From Planctomycetota bacterium (GTDB lineage Bacteria > Planctomycetota > UBA1135 > UBA2386), in the NCBI GenBank assembly GCA_046290465.1, contig JBKAGP010000001.1, forward strand, positions 5,632,001-5,696,000: a stretch of 64,000 bases of DNA. The letters run 5' to 3'. Below the pieces are notes generated by a model that was given only the letters and a program-made list of their open reading frames with translations, was not told where the DNA came from and searched no databases. Positions 17,048-26,051 of this stretch are shown here, in pieces. Positions within the stretch are counted from its first letter, which is position 1, and each line of letters starts with the position of its first letter. The translations under genes were made by a program, and so were the position numbers.

Positions 17048-18547
17048 TCAGCGGAGCCGCAGCTCGATCCGTTCCGGCAGGGCCGCGCGCATGGCGTCGC
17101 GCGCCGGCTGTTCGAGGGAGCCGGCGAACACCGTCACGACGCGCAGCGAACGGCAGCCGGCGAGCGGCCGCAGCGTGTCGGCCAGCACGCTCGGCGCCGG
17201 CACGATCCTCCTGGGCCGTTGGCCGTGCTCGCCGACCGCGCGCCAGCGCGCCGCGAGCGTCACCCGTTCGAGCTTCGGCAGGCCGGCCATCGGCTCGAGG
17301 TCGAGGCCGTGGTGCCAGGTGAGGTCGAGCCTGCGCAGCGACGGCTGGCTGCCGATTGCCCGCGCCAGCTCGGGCGGCGTCTGCTGGCTCCAGTCGAACG
17401 TCTGCAGGCGCAGCGATCCCAGCAGGTCGGCGACTTCGCGGGCGGTGCGCTGCCGCTGTGCGTCGTCGCCGCCGACGCGGCCGAACGCGAGCTGCTGCAG
17501 GCCGTCGAAGCGGCGCATGCTGCGGATCGCGTCCGACGGGATCACCTGGTTCGACGACAACGACAGGCGCTCGAGCGCGTCCGGCAGCGCGTCGACGTGC
17601 GCCTTGGTCCACGTCATGCCGAGCAGCGTCAGGTCGCGCAGCTGCTCGAGCCGATGCAGCGCCTGCAGTTGGCGCGCGTCGGGTTGCCAGTCGGATGGCA
17701 CCGGCAGCCCGGGCAGCGCCGTCGGTTCCGGGCCGAGGCCGGTGATGCGCAGCAGGCGCAGGTTGGTCAGTGAGGTGAGCGCTTCGAAGCAGGCGTCGTC
17801 GAGCTGGTTGCAGCGGTAGAACTCGAGTTCGCGCAGGCCCGCAACGGTCCCGAGCGCGCGCAGGCCCGCAGGGGACATCGGTGCGTCGAGCAGACGCAGG
17901 CGGGTCAAGGCCGGCCACGTCGCCAGCACCGCAACGGTGTCCGGCTCGATGCGGAGCGATGCGCCGCGCACCTCGAAGCTGCGCAACCGCGGGCAGCGCG
18001 CGAGCAGTTCGAGGTGTTCGGTCGACATCATGGCGGTGAACGGCAGGCCGAGTACCTCGAGGTTCGCGCAGCGGGTGAGCGGTTCGAGGGTGTCGAGGCC
18101 GGCTCGCTGCCAGGCCTGCTGGCCGCCGCGCACCGTGCGCGGGTTCATCGAGACATAGCGGAGCTGCGGGAACTCCGGCAGCACCGCGAGGTCGTCCGGC
18201 ATGCCTTCCTCGAGGCGGATGGCGACGGTGCCGCGGTCGAGCGCGCGCAACGCCGCGCCGCCCTCGGCCGCGATCGGGATCGGGATCGGCGCCGGCTGTT
18301 GCGATGCCCGGTCGAGGTCGTCCTGGCGCAGCCACCAGACCGCCAGCGCGACCGCGACGCCGAACAGCGCGGCTGCGGCCGGCAGGGCGTGCGCCGGGCG
18401 GCTCGCGGCCGGGTCCACCGTCGCTTCGGCGAGCGGGTCGCCGGTCACCACTTCGGCCAGCGCGGCCTCGAACAGCCGTTCGCGGACCGCGTCGCGAACT
18501 GCTGGCTCGTGGTCGGTCGCTGGGGGGCGGGAATCGTCGTGCGTCAT
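17048..18547 (-). CDS. Membrane-anchored leucine-rich-repeat protein, putative anti-sigma factor
   Basis: Short N-terminal domain, one TM helix (ALFGVAVALAVWWL), LxxLxL repeats. Its start overlaps the ECF stop. Confidence 0.75.
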   Translation of the reverse strand: MTHDDSRPPATDHEPAVRDAVRERLFEAALAEVVTGDPLAEATVDPAASRPAHALPAAAALFGVAVALAVWWLRQDDLDRASQQPAPIPIPIAAEGGAALRALDRGTVAIRLEEGMPDDLAVLPEFPQLRYVSMNPRTVRGGQQAWQRAGLDTLEPLTRCANLEVLGLPFTAMMSTEHLELLARCPRLRSFEVRGASLRIEPDTVAVLATWPALTRLRLLDAPMSPAGLRALGTVAGLRELEFYRCNQLDDACFEALTSLTNLRLLRITGLGPEPTALPGLPVPSDWQPDARQLQALHRLEQLRDLTLLGMTWTKAHVDALPDALERLSLSSNQVIPSDAIRSMRRFDGLQQLAFGRVGGDDAQRQRTAREVADLLGSLRLQTFDWSQQTPPELARAIGSQPSLRRLDLTWHHGLDLEPMAGLPKLERVTLAARWRAVGEHGQRPRRIVPAPSVLADTLRPLAGCRSLRVVTVFAGSLEQPARDAMRAALPERIELRLR

Positions 18548-19065
18548 GCCTTCCTCCGCTTGCGTTCGATGCAGGCGCGCAGCGCGGCGCGCAGGCGCCG
18601 CAGCGCCGTCTTGACCCCCTGTGGCCGCATGCCGAGCTCGCGGCCGATCCGTTCGCGGCCGAGTTCGTCGGCGTAGGCTGCCTCGAGCAGCCGCCGCGGC
18701 CTGGCCGCGAGTTCGGCGACGCAGGCGCGCAGTTCGGCCACGTAACCGTCGCCGTCGCCGTCGCCGCACTGCTCGCGCCAGACCTCGTCGGCCAGTTCGA
18801 CCTCGCGCCGGCGTTGCGTCGAACGCGCTTGCTGCCGCAGCAGGTTGCAGGCCGTACGGCGAAGGAACGTGCGGGTCTCGCCGTCGCTGCGGTGCTCGAA
18901 GCTGCCGCGCAGCAGCACCACGAAGCACTCCTGCACCAGGTCGTCGACGCGGTCGGCCGCGCAGCCGAGCACGCGCAGGTAGCGCTGCAGGGCGGTGCGG
19001 TGCCGTTCGCTCCGGTGCTCGAACTCGGGCACGTCGGTCGCAGGGGCTCGGTGGGCGCGGGGCAT
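18544..19065 (-). CDS. ECF RNA polymerase sigma factor
   Basis: Region 2 DDLVQECFVVL...FLRRTACN; region 4 IGRELGMRPQGVKTALRRLR. Confidence 0.87.
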   Translation of the reverse strand: MPRAHRAPATDVPEFEHRSERHRTALQRYLRVLGCAADRVDDLVQECFVVLLRGSFEHRSDGETRTFLRRTACNLLRQQARSTQRRREVELADEVWREQCGDGDGDGYVAELRACVAELAARPRRLLEAAYADELGRERIGRELGMRPQGVKTALRRLRAALRACIERKRRKA

Positions 19066-19112
19066 CTGCTGCCAGATGCCCGCGCGCGCCGGCGGGGGTT
19101 CAGGAATCCCTG

Positions 19113-20432
19113 CTACTTGTCGTCGAGCTGCCGGTAGCGGCCGCGGTACTTCTTGGCGAGCTCCGTCTGCTTGTTGCGCAGGTCGACCTGACGGCCCTGG
19201 ATCCACGCGAGTTCGATGGAGGTCGTCAGCTCGAACGGGCTGCCGTCGGCGACGAACAGCGTCGCGTCCTTGCCCTGCTCGAGCGTGCCGAGCCGATCGC
19301 CGACGCCGAGGATCTCGGCCGGCAGCCGCGTCACCGACGCCAGCGTCGTGGCCTCGTCCAGGCCGAACGCCATCGCGGTCGCGGCGTGGTAGGGGAGGTT
19401 GCGGTCGTTGGAGTAGTCGTCGCCGGTCGCGATGCAGAACCGCACGCCGGCCTGGTGCAGGTCGCGCGGCAGCGTGAACGGCTCGTCGTAGGCTGCGTCC
19501 GCGCGACGAGGCAGGCGGTGCACGCCGTCGAGCACGACCGGCACGTCGTGCTGCTTCAGCAGCGCGGCACAGGCGCGCGCCTCGTGGCCGCCGACGATCA
19601 CCAGCTTCAGCCCGCGCCGCTTGCCCCACAGCACCGCCGACTCGATCTGTTCGACGGAGTTGGCCAGCACGAACACCGGCCGTTCGCCGCGCAGGGCCGG
19701 CACCAGCGCCTCCTTGCGGATGTCGCGCGCGATCGACGGGTCGTGCTGCCGGGCCTCGGCCCAGGCCTTGGCCGCCGCGAACGCGTCGTCGATGGCCTGG
19801 CGGCGCTCGGCGACGCTCGGCCGGTCCCCGGTCGACGGGCTGCGGCGGAACCGGAACCGGCCGCCGGTGTCCGACGGCCACGAGACCACCGGGCCGGCGT
19901 CGCGACGCACCGCCATGTCGGCGTTGGTCCAGCCGTCGAGCTGGATCAGCGACGCGCGGCCGGGCAGCGTACCGCCGGTCGGGAACGTCAGCGCGGCGAG
20001 CACGCCGTTGCTGCGCGCGACCGGGATCGCGGCGGAGTCCGGGTTGACCGCGGTCGCGGCGATCGCCTCGGGCGACATGTCACCGAGCTCGTTGGTGTCG
20101 ACGGACTGCGGCACCTGGCCGATCTCGACCAGCCCGAGCGAGGTGTGCGCCGAGATCATGCCGGGGAACACGTGGCGGCCCTTCAGGTCGATGCGCAGCG
20201 GTTCGGACTCGACGCGGCCGAGCCGCGGGTTCTGGCCGTTCGGCAGCACACCGCGGATCTTGCCGTCGGCGAACCAGACGGTGCCCCCGAGGATGATCTT
20301 GCCGGTGGCGGTGTGGATGGTCGCGTTGCTCAGGATCACCGCGCCGCGCTGGGGCGCGGCCTTCGGCAGCAGGTCCTGGGCGGGCGCGGCGGACAGCAGC
20401 ACAGCGGCTGCGATGCAGGTCGTACGGATCAT
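19113..20432 (-). CDS. Secreted amidohydrolase-family protein
   Basis: IDLKGRHVFPGMISAHT, PAEILGVGDRLGTLEQGKDATL, signal peptide. Confidence 0.88.
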   Translation of the reverse strand: MIRTTCIAAAVLLSAAPAQDLLPKAAPQRGAVILSNATIHTATGKIILGGTVWFADGKIRGVLPNGQNPRLGRVESEPLRIDLKGRHVFPGMISAHTSLGLVEIGQVPQSVDTNELGDMSPEAIAATAVNPDSAAIPVARSNGVLAALTFPTGGTLPGRASLIQLDGWTNADMAVRRDAGPVVSWPSDTGGRFRFRRSPSTGDRPSVAERRQAIDDAFAAAKAWAEARQHDPSIARDIRKEALVPALRGERPVFVLANSVEQIESAVLWGKRRGLKLVIVGGHEARACAALLKQHDVPVVLDGVHRLPRRADAAYDEPFTLPRDLHQAGVRFCIATGDDYSNDRNLPYHAATAMAFGLDEATTLASVTRLPAEILGVGDRLGTLEQGKDATLFVADGSPFELTTSIELAWIQGRQVDLRNKQTELAKKYRGRYRQLDDK

Positions 20433-23400
20433 CGGCGGCCTCCCTGTTGGTTGCGGCAGCAGTAGTCGTCGCGGGTCTCCTCGGCGCGCCAGTAGGCGTC
20501 GTTGGGATCGCCCTCCCGGGCGCGGCGGCTGCCGCCCAGGCCTGCGGCGATCGCCAGCTGCAGCAGGCGCTGCCGCTCCTTCAGGATGCCGGAGCGCAGC
20601 TGCGCGTCGCGTTCGAGCGAGAACATCAGGCGGCCGTCGACCCAGGTCGCCTCGCAACGCGCCGCGTAGCTCAGCGGGTTGGCCGACCACAGCGCGATGT
20701 CGGCGTCCTTGCCCTTGCTCAGCGAACCGGTCTGCTCGAACACGCCGAGCTGCATCGCCGGGTTGCGCGTCACGAAGTGCAGCGCTTCGGCCTCGGCGAC
20801 GCCGCCGTACTTGACCGCCTTGCCGGCTTCGGTGTTGAGGCGCCGCGCGTGCTCGTTGCTGTCGCTGTTGAACGACACGTTGACGCCGGCCTCGTGCAGG
20901 ATCGCGCCGTTCTCGGGGATCGCGTCGTAGACCTCCAGCTTGTAGGCCCACCAGTCGCTGAACGACGAGGCGCCGACCGCCGAGCGCCGGATCGCGTCGG
21001 CGACCTTGTAGCCCTCGAGCACGTGCTGGAACGTGCCGATCTTGATCGCGTATTCGTCGGCCAGGCCGCACAGCATGAAGATCTCGTCCTGCCGGTAGCT
21101 GTGGCAGTGGATCCAGCGCCGCTTCTGCAGCACCTCGGCCAGCGCCTGCAGCTCGAGGTCGACGCGCGGCGGCAGCACCTTGGCCCGGTCGCGCGGCGCC
21201 AGCGCCGTGTAGGCGGCGTGCTCGCGCGCATAGGCCTCGGCCGCGGCGAAGCGGTCGCGCAGCACGCCTTCGACGCCCATGCGGGTGCCGGGATAGCGCG
21301 TGCTGGGATCGCCGCGGCGGTTGACGCGCCGCGGGTTCTCGCCGAGCGCGAACTTGATGCCCGGCATCGAGCCGGCGAAGAACATGTCGTCGGGCTCGGC
21401 GACGCCGAAGCGCACCTTGACCGTGTTCGACTGGCCGCCGATCACGTTGGCCGAGCCGTGCAGCTGGTTGACCGCGGTGACGCCGCCGGCCAGCTGCCGG
21501 TACCAGTTGACGTCGTCGGGATCGAGCACGTCCTGGATGCGCACCTCGCTGGTGACCGCCTGGCCGCTCTCGTTGACGCCGCGGGAGATGCCGGTGTGCG
21601 AGTGGCAGTCGATGATGCCGGTGGTCACGTGCTTGCCGACGCCGTCGACCATCTGGGTGTTGCTCGGCAGGTCGGGGATGTCCTCGAGCTTGCCGGCGAA
21701 CACGATGTGGCCGTCGTGCACGTAGACGGCGCCGTTGTCGATCTTGCCGCGGCCGTCGCCGGTCCAGACGGTCGCGCCGGTGATCGCGAAGCTGCGCCGC
21801 GCGGGCAGCGACTCGAGGCCGTAGCCTCCCAGCGGCGTCGGCAGCGCGACCGGTTCGGTCGGCGCCTTCGGCTCGGTGGGCTCCTGCTTCGGCTCGTCGG
21901 TCTGCTGCCGCGCGGCTGCGACCTGCAGCGCGCGGCCGTCGGGCGTCGTGCAGACGCCGGCGAGTTCGCCGTCCTCGAGGCGCAGCCGCAACCAGAACGT
22001 GCCTTCGCCGATCGCGGTGCCGGAGAGCTGGCAGGTCATCGAGGTCGCGGTGCGCTTGACGTTCGCGACCTTCAACTTCACGTCGCCGGCGGTGACCGTC
22101 AGCTTCTTGCCGTCGATGGTCAGCGTGACCGCGGCCGCGCCCGGTTCGCCCGGGAAGCCGTCGGTCCACGACCACGGGCCGTCGAGGCCGAGGTCCTCGG
22201 GTGCCTGCACGACGTGGCGGCGACCGCCGACCCAGACGTCGCGCACGACGCGGTCCTTGCCGAACAGCGTGCCTTCGACGACGACCAGGTTGGCCAGCTT
22301 GCCGGTCGTGATGGTGCCGCAGTGGGCGTCGATGCCTAGCAGCCGCGCCGGCGTCGTGGTGACCGCCGCGAGCGCCTGTTCGTCGGAGACACCGTGCTGC
22401 TGCGCGTCGCGCACGCGCGCGGCGAAGTCCTTACGGTCGCGCAGGCGCGCGGTCGTCCATGCGATCGTGGCGCCGGCGTCGAGCAGCCGGCGGCTGTTGC
22501 TCGGGGCGTGCTCCCACGACTGCAGCTGGCGCAGGCTGACGCGGTCGGCGTTGGCCGCGGTCGACACGTCGGGCGCGTCGGGCAGCTGCAGCGGCACCAC
22601 GATCGGTGCGCCGCGCTGTGCCAGCGCCGCCAGCCGGCGGAACTCCATGCCGCTGCCGACGATCACCGGCTGCCGCGAGAACTCGGCGGCGACGCGCAGC
22701 GCACGCAGCGCCTGCAGCTCGTTCTGGGTGTCGAACCACAGCGGCATCTGCCGCTGCCGGGCGATCGCCGCCAGCACGCGCGATGGCTGCGGGGCCGCGG
22801 CCGCGAGCGAGGCGTCCGCGGCGACCGCGCGCTGGCAGCGCTCGTACCAGTCGCCGTCGGACAGCGACTGCCGCAGCAGGGCGATTGCACCCATCTCGCT
22901 GTTGGGGTAGCCGCCGCGGTTGGTCTGCAGGCTCGCGACCGCGTATGCGTGCGAACGCAGCACGCGCGCCGGCGCGGTGTCGCTCGGCTCGTCGAGCAGC
23001 ACGACCGCGCTGGTGCCCTTCAGGATGCCGCCCGACGGCGCTGCGGCGACGGTGGTGTAGCCGAGCGCGCGCAGGCCCTTGCGGTCGGCGGCGCCGATCA
23101 GGGCGCCGTCGAGCGCGTTGCGCTGCGGCTGCACCATCGCATTCCAGTGCTGGTCGGTGGTGTCCTCGTCGAGCGACGGCACGTCCGAGGCGAAGAACGG
23201 CTCGACCAGGCCGGGGTAGATCGTCAGGCCGCTGCAATCGATCACGGTGGCGCCGGCGGGCGTGGCGGCGGCCGTGCCGACCGCCGTGATCCGGCCGTCG
23301 CGCATCACGATCGTCGCGCGCTCGAGCGCCTTGCCCGGCTGGGGCACGACGCGCGCGTTCTGCAGGGCATACCAACCCGGGTCGACCGGTCGGGGTCCGT

Positions 23401-23470
23401 TGTGCGGCGGACCCTGAGCGATGGCCGAAGCCGTCAGGATGGCGAGAACGACAACATGGCCGATTCGCAT
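20429..23470 (-). CDS. Secreted two-domain amidohydrolase-family protein
   Basis: Two amidohydrolase-like domains; the second has IIDCHSH, HCHSY and NSDS. Signal peptide. Confidence 0.88.
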   Translation of the reverse strand: MRIGHVVVLAILTASAIAQGPPHNGPRPVDPGWYALQNARVVPQPGKALERATIVMRDGRITAVGTAAATPAGATVIDCSGLTIYPGLVEPFFASDVPSLDEDTTDQHWNAMVQPQRNALDGALIGAADRKGLRALGYTTVAAAPSGGILKGTSAVVLLDEPSDTAPARVLRSHAYAVASLQTNRGGYPNSEMGAIALLRQSLSDGDWYERCQRAVAADASLAAAAPQPSRVLAAIARQRQMPLWFDTQNELQALRALRVAAEFSRQPVIVGSGMEFRRLAALAQRGAPIVVPLQLPDAPDVSTAANADRVSLRQLQSWEHAPSNSRRLLDAGATIAWTTARLRDRKDFAARVRDAQQHGVSDEQALAAVTTTPARLLGIDAHCGTITTGKLANLVVVEGTLFGKDRVVRDVWVGGRRHVVQAPEDLGLDGPWSWTDGFPGEPGAAAVTLTIDGKKLTVTAGDVKLKVANVKRTATSMTCQLSGTAIGEGTFWLRLRLEDGELAGVCTTPDGRALQVAAARQQTDEPKQEPTEPKAPTEPVALPTPLGGYGLESLPARRSFAITGATVWTGDGRGKIDNGAVYVHDGHIVFAGKLEDIPDLPSNTQMVDGVGKHVTTGIIDCHSHTGISRGVNESGQAVTSEVRIQDVLDPDDVNWYRQLAGGVTAVNQLHGSANVIGGQSNTVKVRFGVAEPDDMFFAGSMPGIKFALGENPRRVNRRGDPSTRYPGTRMGVEGVLRDRFAAAEAYAREHAAYTALAPRDRAKVLPPRVDLELQALAEVLQKRRWIHCHSYRQDEIFMLCGLADEYAIKIGTFQHVLEGYKVADAIRRSAVGASSFSDWWAYKLEVYDAIPENGAILHEAGVNVSFNSDSNEHARRLNTEAGKAVKYGGVAEAEALHFVTRNPAMQLGVFEQTGSLSKGKDADIALWSANPLSYAARCEATWVDGRLMFSLERDAQLRSGILKERQRLLQLAIAAGLGGSRRAREGDPNDAYWRAEETRDDYCCRNQQGGRR

Positions 23471-23516
23471 GCGCGCAGCATACGGATCGACGGCCGCGGC
23501 CCGCGTACCGGTTTCG

Positions 23517-24134
23517 TCAGTCGCGCGCGGTCAGCGTGCCGCGGTCGCCGAGCACGAACCAGAACGTGTAGCGGTCGACGGTGCCGCCGTCGAAGCTCTC
23601 CTGCACCAGGACCTCGAGTTCGCGCGTCAGGTCGTGGAACCGCACGTCGGCGCGGATCGAGTAGCCGGCGCGGCCTTGGCCGCGGACCTCGGGCCGGAAC
23701 AACCAGTGGCCACCATCGTCGGTGACCGCGCCAGCCACGCGCACCTGGTAGTGCACCGCGGTGCCGCCGAGCAGCGTCGGCACGTCGCGTTCGAGCACGT
23801 CGGTCTGCACCTCGTGCCAGTTGCCGTGAGGGAACTGCACCGCCTCGCGCGCGAGGTGGCCGTCGTCGTCGTAGAACGTGCGCTCCGACCAGTAGAATCC
23901 GGCTGACAGATCCGTGGGCGTGGGGGACTCGACGAACGCGTTGCTCGACGACGGGCCCGCGATCAGGCCGAGGCCCGCATCGAATCGGGTGCCGGTGCCT
24001 TCGCCCGCCAGCGTGCGTTCGGCGCCGAGCACCAGCCAGCGGTCCCCCGGCCGGGCGCCGTCGAGCAGCAGCAGCACGACGCCGACGACGACGATGGCGC
24101 CGACGATCGTCACGATGCGGTTGCGAACGGGCAT
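23517..24134 (-). CDS. Hypothetical membrane-anchored protein
   Basis: N-terminal TM (IVTIVGAIVVVGVVLLLL), protein-like composition, fills the gap between neighbouring genes. Confidence 0.6.
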   Translation of the reverse strand: MPVRNRIVTIVGAIVVVGVVLLLLDGARPGDRWLVLGAERTLAGEGTGTRFDAGLGLIAGPSSSNAFVESPTPTDLSAGFYWSERTFYDDDGHLAREAVQFPHGNWHEVQTDVLERDVPTLLGGTAVHYQVRVAGAVTDDGGHWLFRPEVRGQGRAGYSIRADVRFHDLTRELEVLVQESFDGGTVDRYTFWFVLGDRGTLTARD

Positions 24135-24212
24135 GCCGAGAGTCTCGCGCGTTCGCGCCCGGGGTCAACGCCGTCGGTGGCCTCGCGGGTCCGGTCGGCC
24201 TACAACGGAGCC

Positions 24213-24782
24213 GTGGTGCAGGTGCAGCGACGGAGCGCTCGCGTTGTGGCGAAGGTCGCGCTGGTCGCGGGGCTCGCCTTCGGGTTTGCCGTGGCCGCAC
24301 AGCTGCGCGTGCCGATGCATCCGGTCCCGATGACGCTGCAGACGGCCGCGGTGCTCGCTGCCGCGCTGCTGCTGGGCTGGCGGCTCGCGGCTGGCGCGGT
24401 GGCGGTCTACCTGCTCGCGGCGATCGCGGGCCTGCCGGTGCTGAGCGGCGGCGGCAGCTTCGCGGAACCGGGCCTGTTCGGTTCGAAGACGGCCGGCTAT
24501 GTGCTCGGGTTCGCGCCGGCCGTGTGGTGCTTCGAACGGCTGCGGCCGGTCACCTGGGGGCGCGCGTTCGTCGCGGCATCGCTCGCGCACGGCGTGGTGC
24601 TGGCGCTCGGATGGTCGTGGCTTGCCACGCACATCGGCGCGCTGCCGGCCTGGTGGCACGGGGTCGTGCCGTTTGCGTTGGGTGCGCTCGCCAAGTCGGC
24701 GCTGGTGGCGTCGCTGGTGCGGTTGCGACGCGCGGACCGTGCCGCGCAGCCGGGCGGCGACGGCAGCAGGACCGTCCGGTAG
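24213..24782 (+). CDS. bioY: Biotin transporter BioY
   Basis: PVPMTLQT, YLLAAIAGLPVLSGG and TAGYVLGF motifs. GTG 24213 chosen as start; 24177 is possible. Confidence 0.9.
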   Translation: MVQVQRRSARVVAKVALVAGLAFGFAVAAQLRVPMHPVPMTLQTAAVLAAALLLGWRLAAGAVAVYLLAAIAGLPVLSGGGSFAEPGLFGSKTAGYVLGFAPAVWCFERLRPVTWGRAFVAASLAHGVVLALGWSWLATHIGALPAWWHGVVPFALGALAKSALVASLVRLRRADRAAQPGGDGSRTVR

Positions 24783-24845
24783 CCCGGCCTCGCCGGGGGA
24801 TTTCGTGAACCGCCGCCGCCGTCACGGCGACGATGGCCACGAACG

Positions 24846-25397
24846 ATGTCCCGCCGCTCCGCCGACCAGACCCTGGACGAACTGCTCGTGCTGTCGTGCA
24901 CCGACGGCAACGAGCGCGCGTTCGCGGAACTGCACGGTCGCTGGCAGGCGCGGCTGCGGGCACATGCGGCCCTGCTGCTGGGCCGCACGCTGCGCGACCG
25001 CGTCGACGACGTCTGCCAGGAGGCCTGGCTGGCGATCGCGCACGGCGTGCGCGAGCTGCGCGAGCCGCAGCGCTTCCGGGCCTGGGCCTACTCGATCGTG
25101 ACGCGCCGCGTCGCCGACCTGCGGCGCGCGCTCGGCCGCGACGAGCGCGCGGTCGACGAGCTGCGTCACGCGCAGGCCACCCCCGAGGTGGCCCCGGCCG
25201 AGCAGGGCGAACCGCTGCGGGACGCGCTGCAGACCCTGCCCAGCGAGGACCGCGCGCTGCTGCGCCTGTTCTACCTCGACGAGCTGTCGGTGGCGGAGAC
25301 CGCCGCCGCGCTCGCCATCCCGGCCGGCACCGTCAAGAGCCGGCTGTTCCACGCCCGCCGCCGCCTGCGGCAGGCCCTGCAACGGAGACCGTCATGA
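24846..25397 (+). CDS. ECF RNA polymerase sigma factor
   Basis: DDVCQEAWL, FRAWAYSI and IPAGTVKSRLFHAR motifs. Confidence 0.92.
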   Translation: MSRRSADQTLDELLVLSCTDGNERAFAELHGRWQARLRAHAALLLGRTLRDRVDDVCQEAWLAIAHGVRELREPQRFRAWAYSIVTRRVADLRRALGRDERAVDELRHAQATPEVAPAEQGEPLRDALQTLPSEDRALLRLFYLDELSVAETAAALAIPAGTVKSRLFHARRRLRQALQRRPS

Positions 25398-25789
25398 ATG
25401 CGAACGACGAACTGGACGAACAGCTGCGCGCGGCTCTGCGCGAAGAGGACGCCGAACTGCTTATGCGCCTCGACCAGGACCCCGGCATCTTCGACACGCT
25501 GCGCGAGGGCTTCCGCGGCCGGACCGCGTGGTGGGTCTGCATCACCAGCATCGTGCAGGTCGCGATGTTCGGTCTGGCGATCTGGACGGCGATCGGGTTC
25601 TTCGGTGCGACGAGCGTCGACGACCGCGTGTTCTGGGGCGTATGCACGTTGGCGTCGTGGGTTTCGGTGTCGATGCTCAAGATGATGGTGTGGTCGCACG
25701 TCGAGCGCGGCATGCTGCGCCGCGAGGTCAAACGGGTGGAGCTGCAGGTGGCGACGCTGAGCCTGGAGCTGCGCGAGAAGAAGTCGTGA
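25394..25789 (+). CDS. DUF6768-like two-TM protein, putative anti-sigma factor
   Basis: ATGA overlap with the ECF stop, two TM helices, C-terminal LRREVKRVELQVA. Confidence 0.72.
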   Translation: MNANDELDEQLRAALREEDAELLMRLDQDPGIFDTLREGFRGRTAWWVCITSIVQVAMFGLAIWTAIGFFGATSVDDRVFWGVCTLASWVSVSMLKMMVWSHVERGMLRREVKRVELQVATLSLELREKKS

Positions 25790-25804
25790 AGTCGTTCGAC
25801 CCCG

Positions 25805-25832
25805 TTGACAGGTCCGGATCCGGTGCTACTTC
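25805..25832 (+). promoter_or_regulatory. Candidate sigma-70 promoter of the trp operon
   Basis: Perfect TTGACA at 25805-25810 and an imperfect -10 (TGcTACTTC) 16 nt later, just upstream of the leader ATG. Confidence 0.55.
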
Positions 25833-25840
25833 TGAGGGCC

Positions 25841-25951
25841 ATGGAACGAGCCACCCAGAACAACCAGTGCGCGCAGAGCCTCGAGCTCACGGGCACCTGG
25901 TGCTGGTGGTGGCAGACCGCGCTCGCGGGCTGCCCGTTCCGTAGTTTCTAG
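25841..25951 (+). CDS. trpL: trp operon leader peptide, 36 aa (MERATQNNQCAQSLELTGTWCWWWQTALAGCPFRSF)
   Basis: Four Trp codons in five positions, 100 nt upstream of trpE. Not in the supplied ORF track. Confidence 0.9.
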   Translation: MERATQNNQCAQSLELTGTWCWWWQTALAGCPFRSF

Positions 25952-26013
25952 TCCTACCTGACGACGAACACGCGAAGGCAGCTCCCGCGCGGGACGCTGC
26001 CTTCTGTCGTTTC
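25911..26013 (+). promoter_or_regulatory. Transcription attenuator (1:2 pause, 2:3 antiterminator, 3:4 terminator)
   Basis: 1:2 is GGCAGACCGCG/CGCGGGCTGCC. 3:4 is GAAGGCAGCTCCCG/CGGGACGCTGCCTTC followed by TGTCGTTT. Segment 2 is complementary to segment 3. Confidence 0.85.
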
Positions 26014-26051
26014 AGGGGGGAGCGCACACCGCGCGGGTCGCCACGAACACG

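Noticed and set aside
18880..19025. Short internal duplication FEHRS...FEHRS in the first ECF gene
   Set aside because: Only about 12-15 nt are shared and the reading frame is intact, so there is no functional implication.
19113..22175. Apparent long ORFs fusing adjacent genes (also 40134-42473, 43874-46720, 47759-50881, 52218-55424, 60444-63176)
   Set aside because: The N-terminal extensions are Arg/Ala/Pro-rich off-frame reads of the upstream gene. True starts lie at or just after the upstream stop codons, and there is no evidence of frameshifting.
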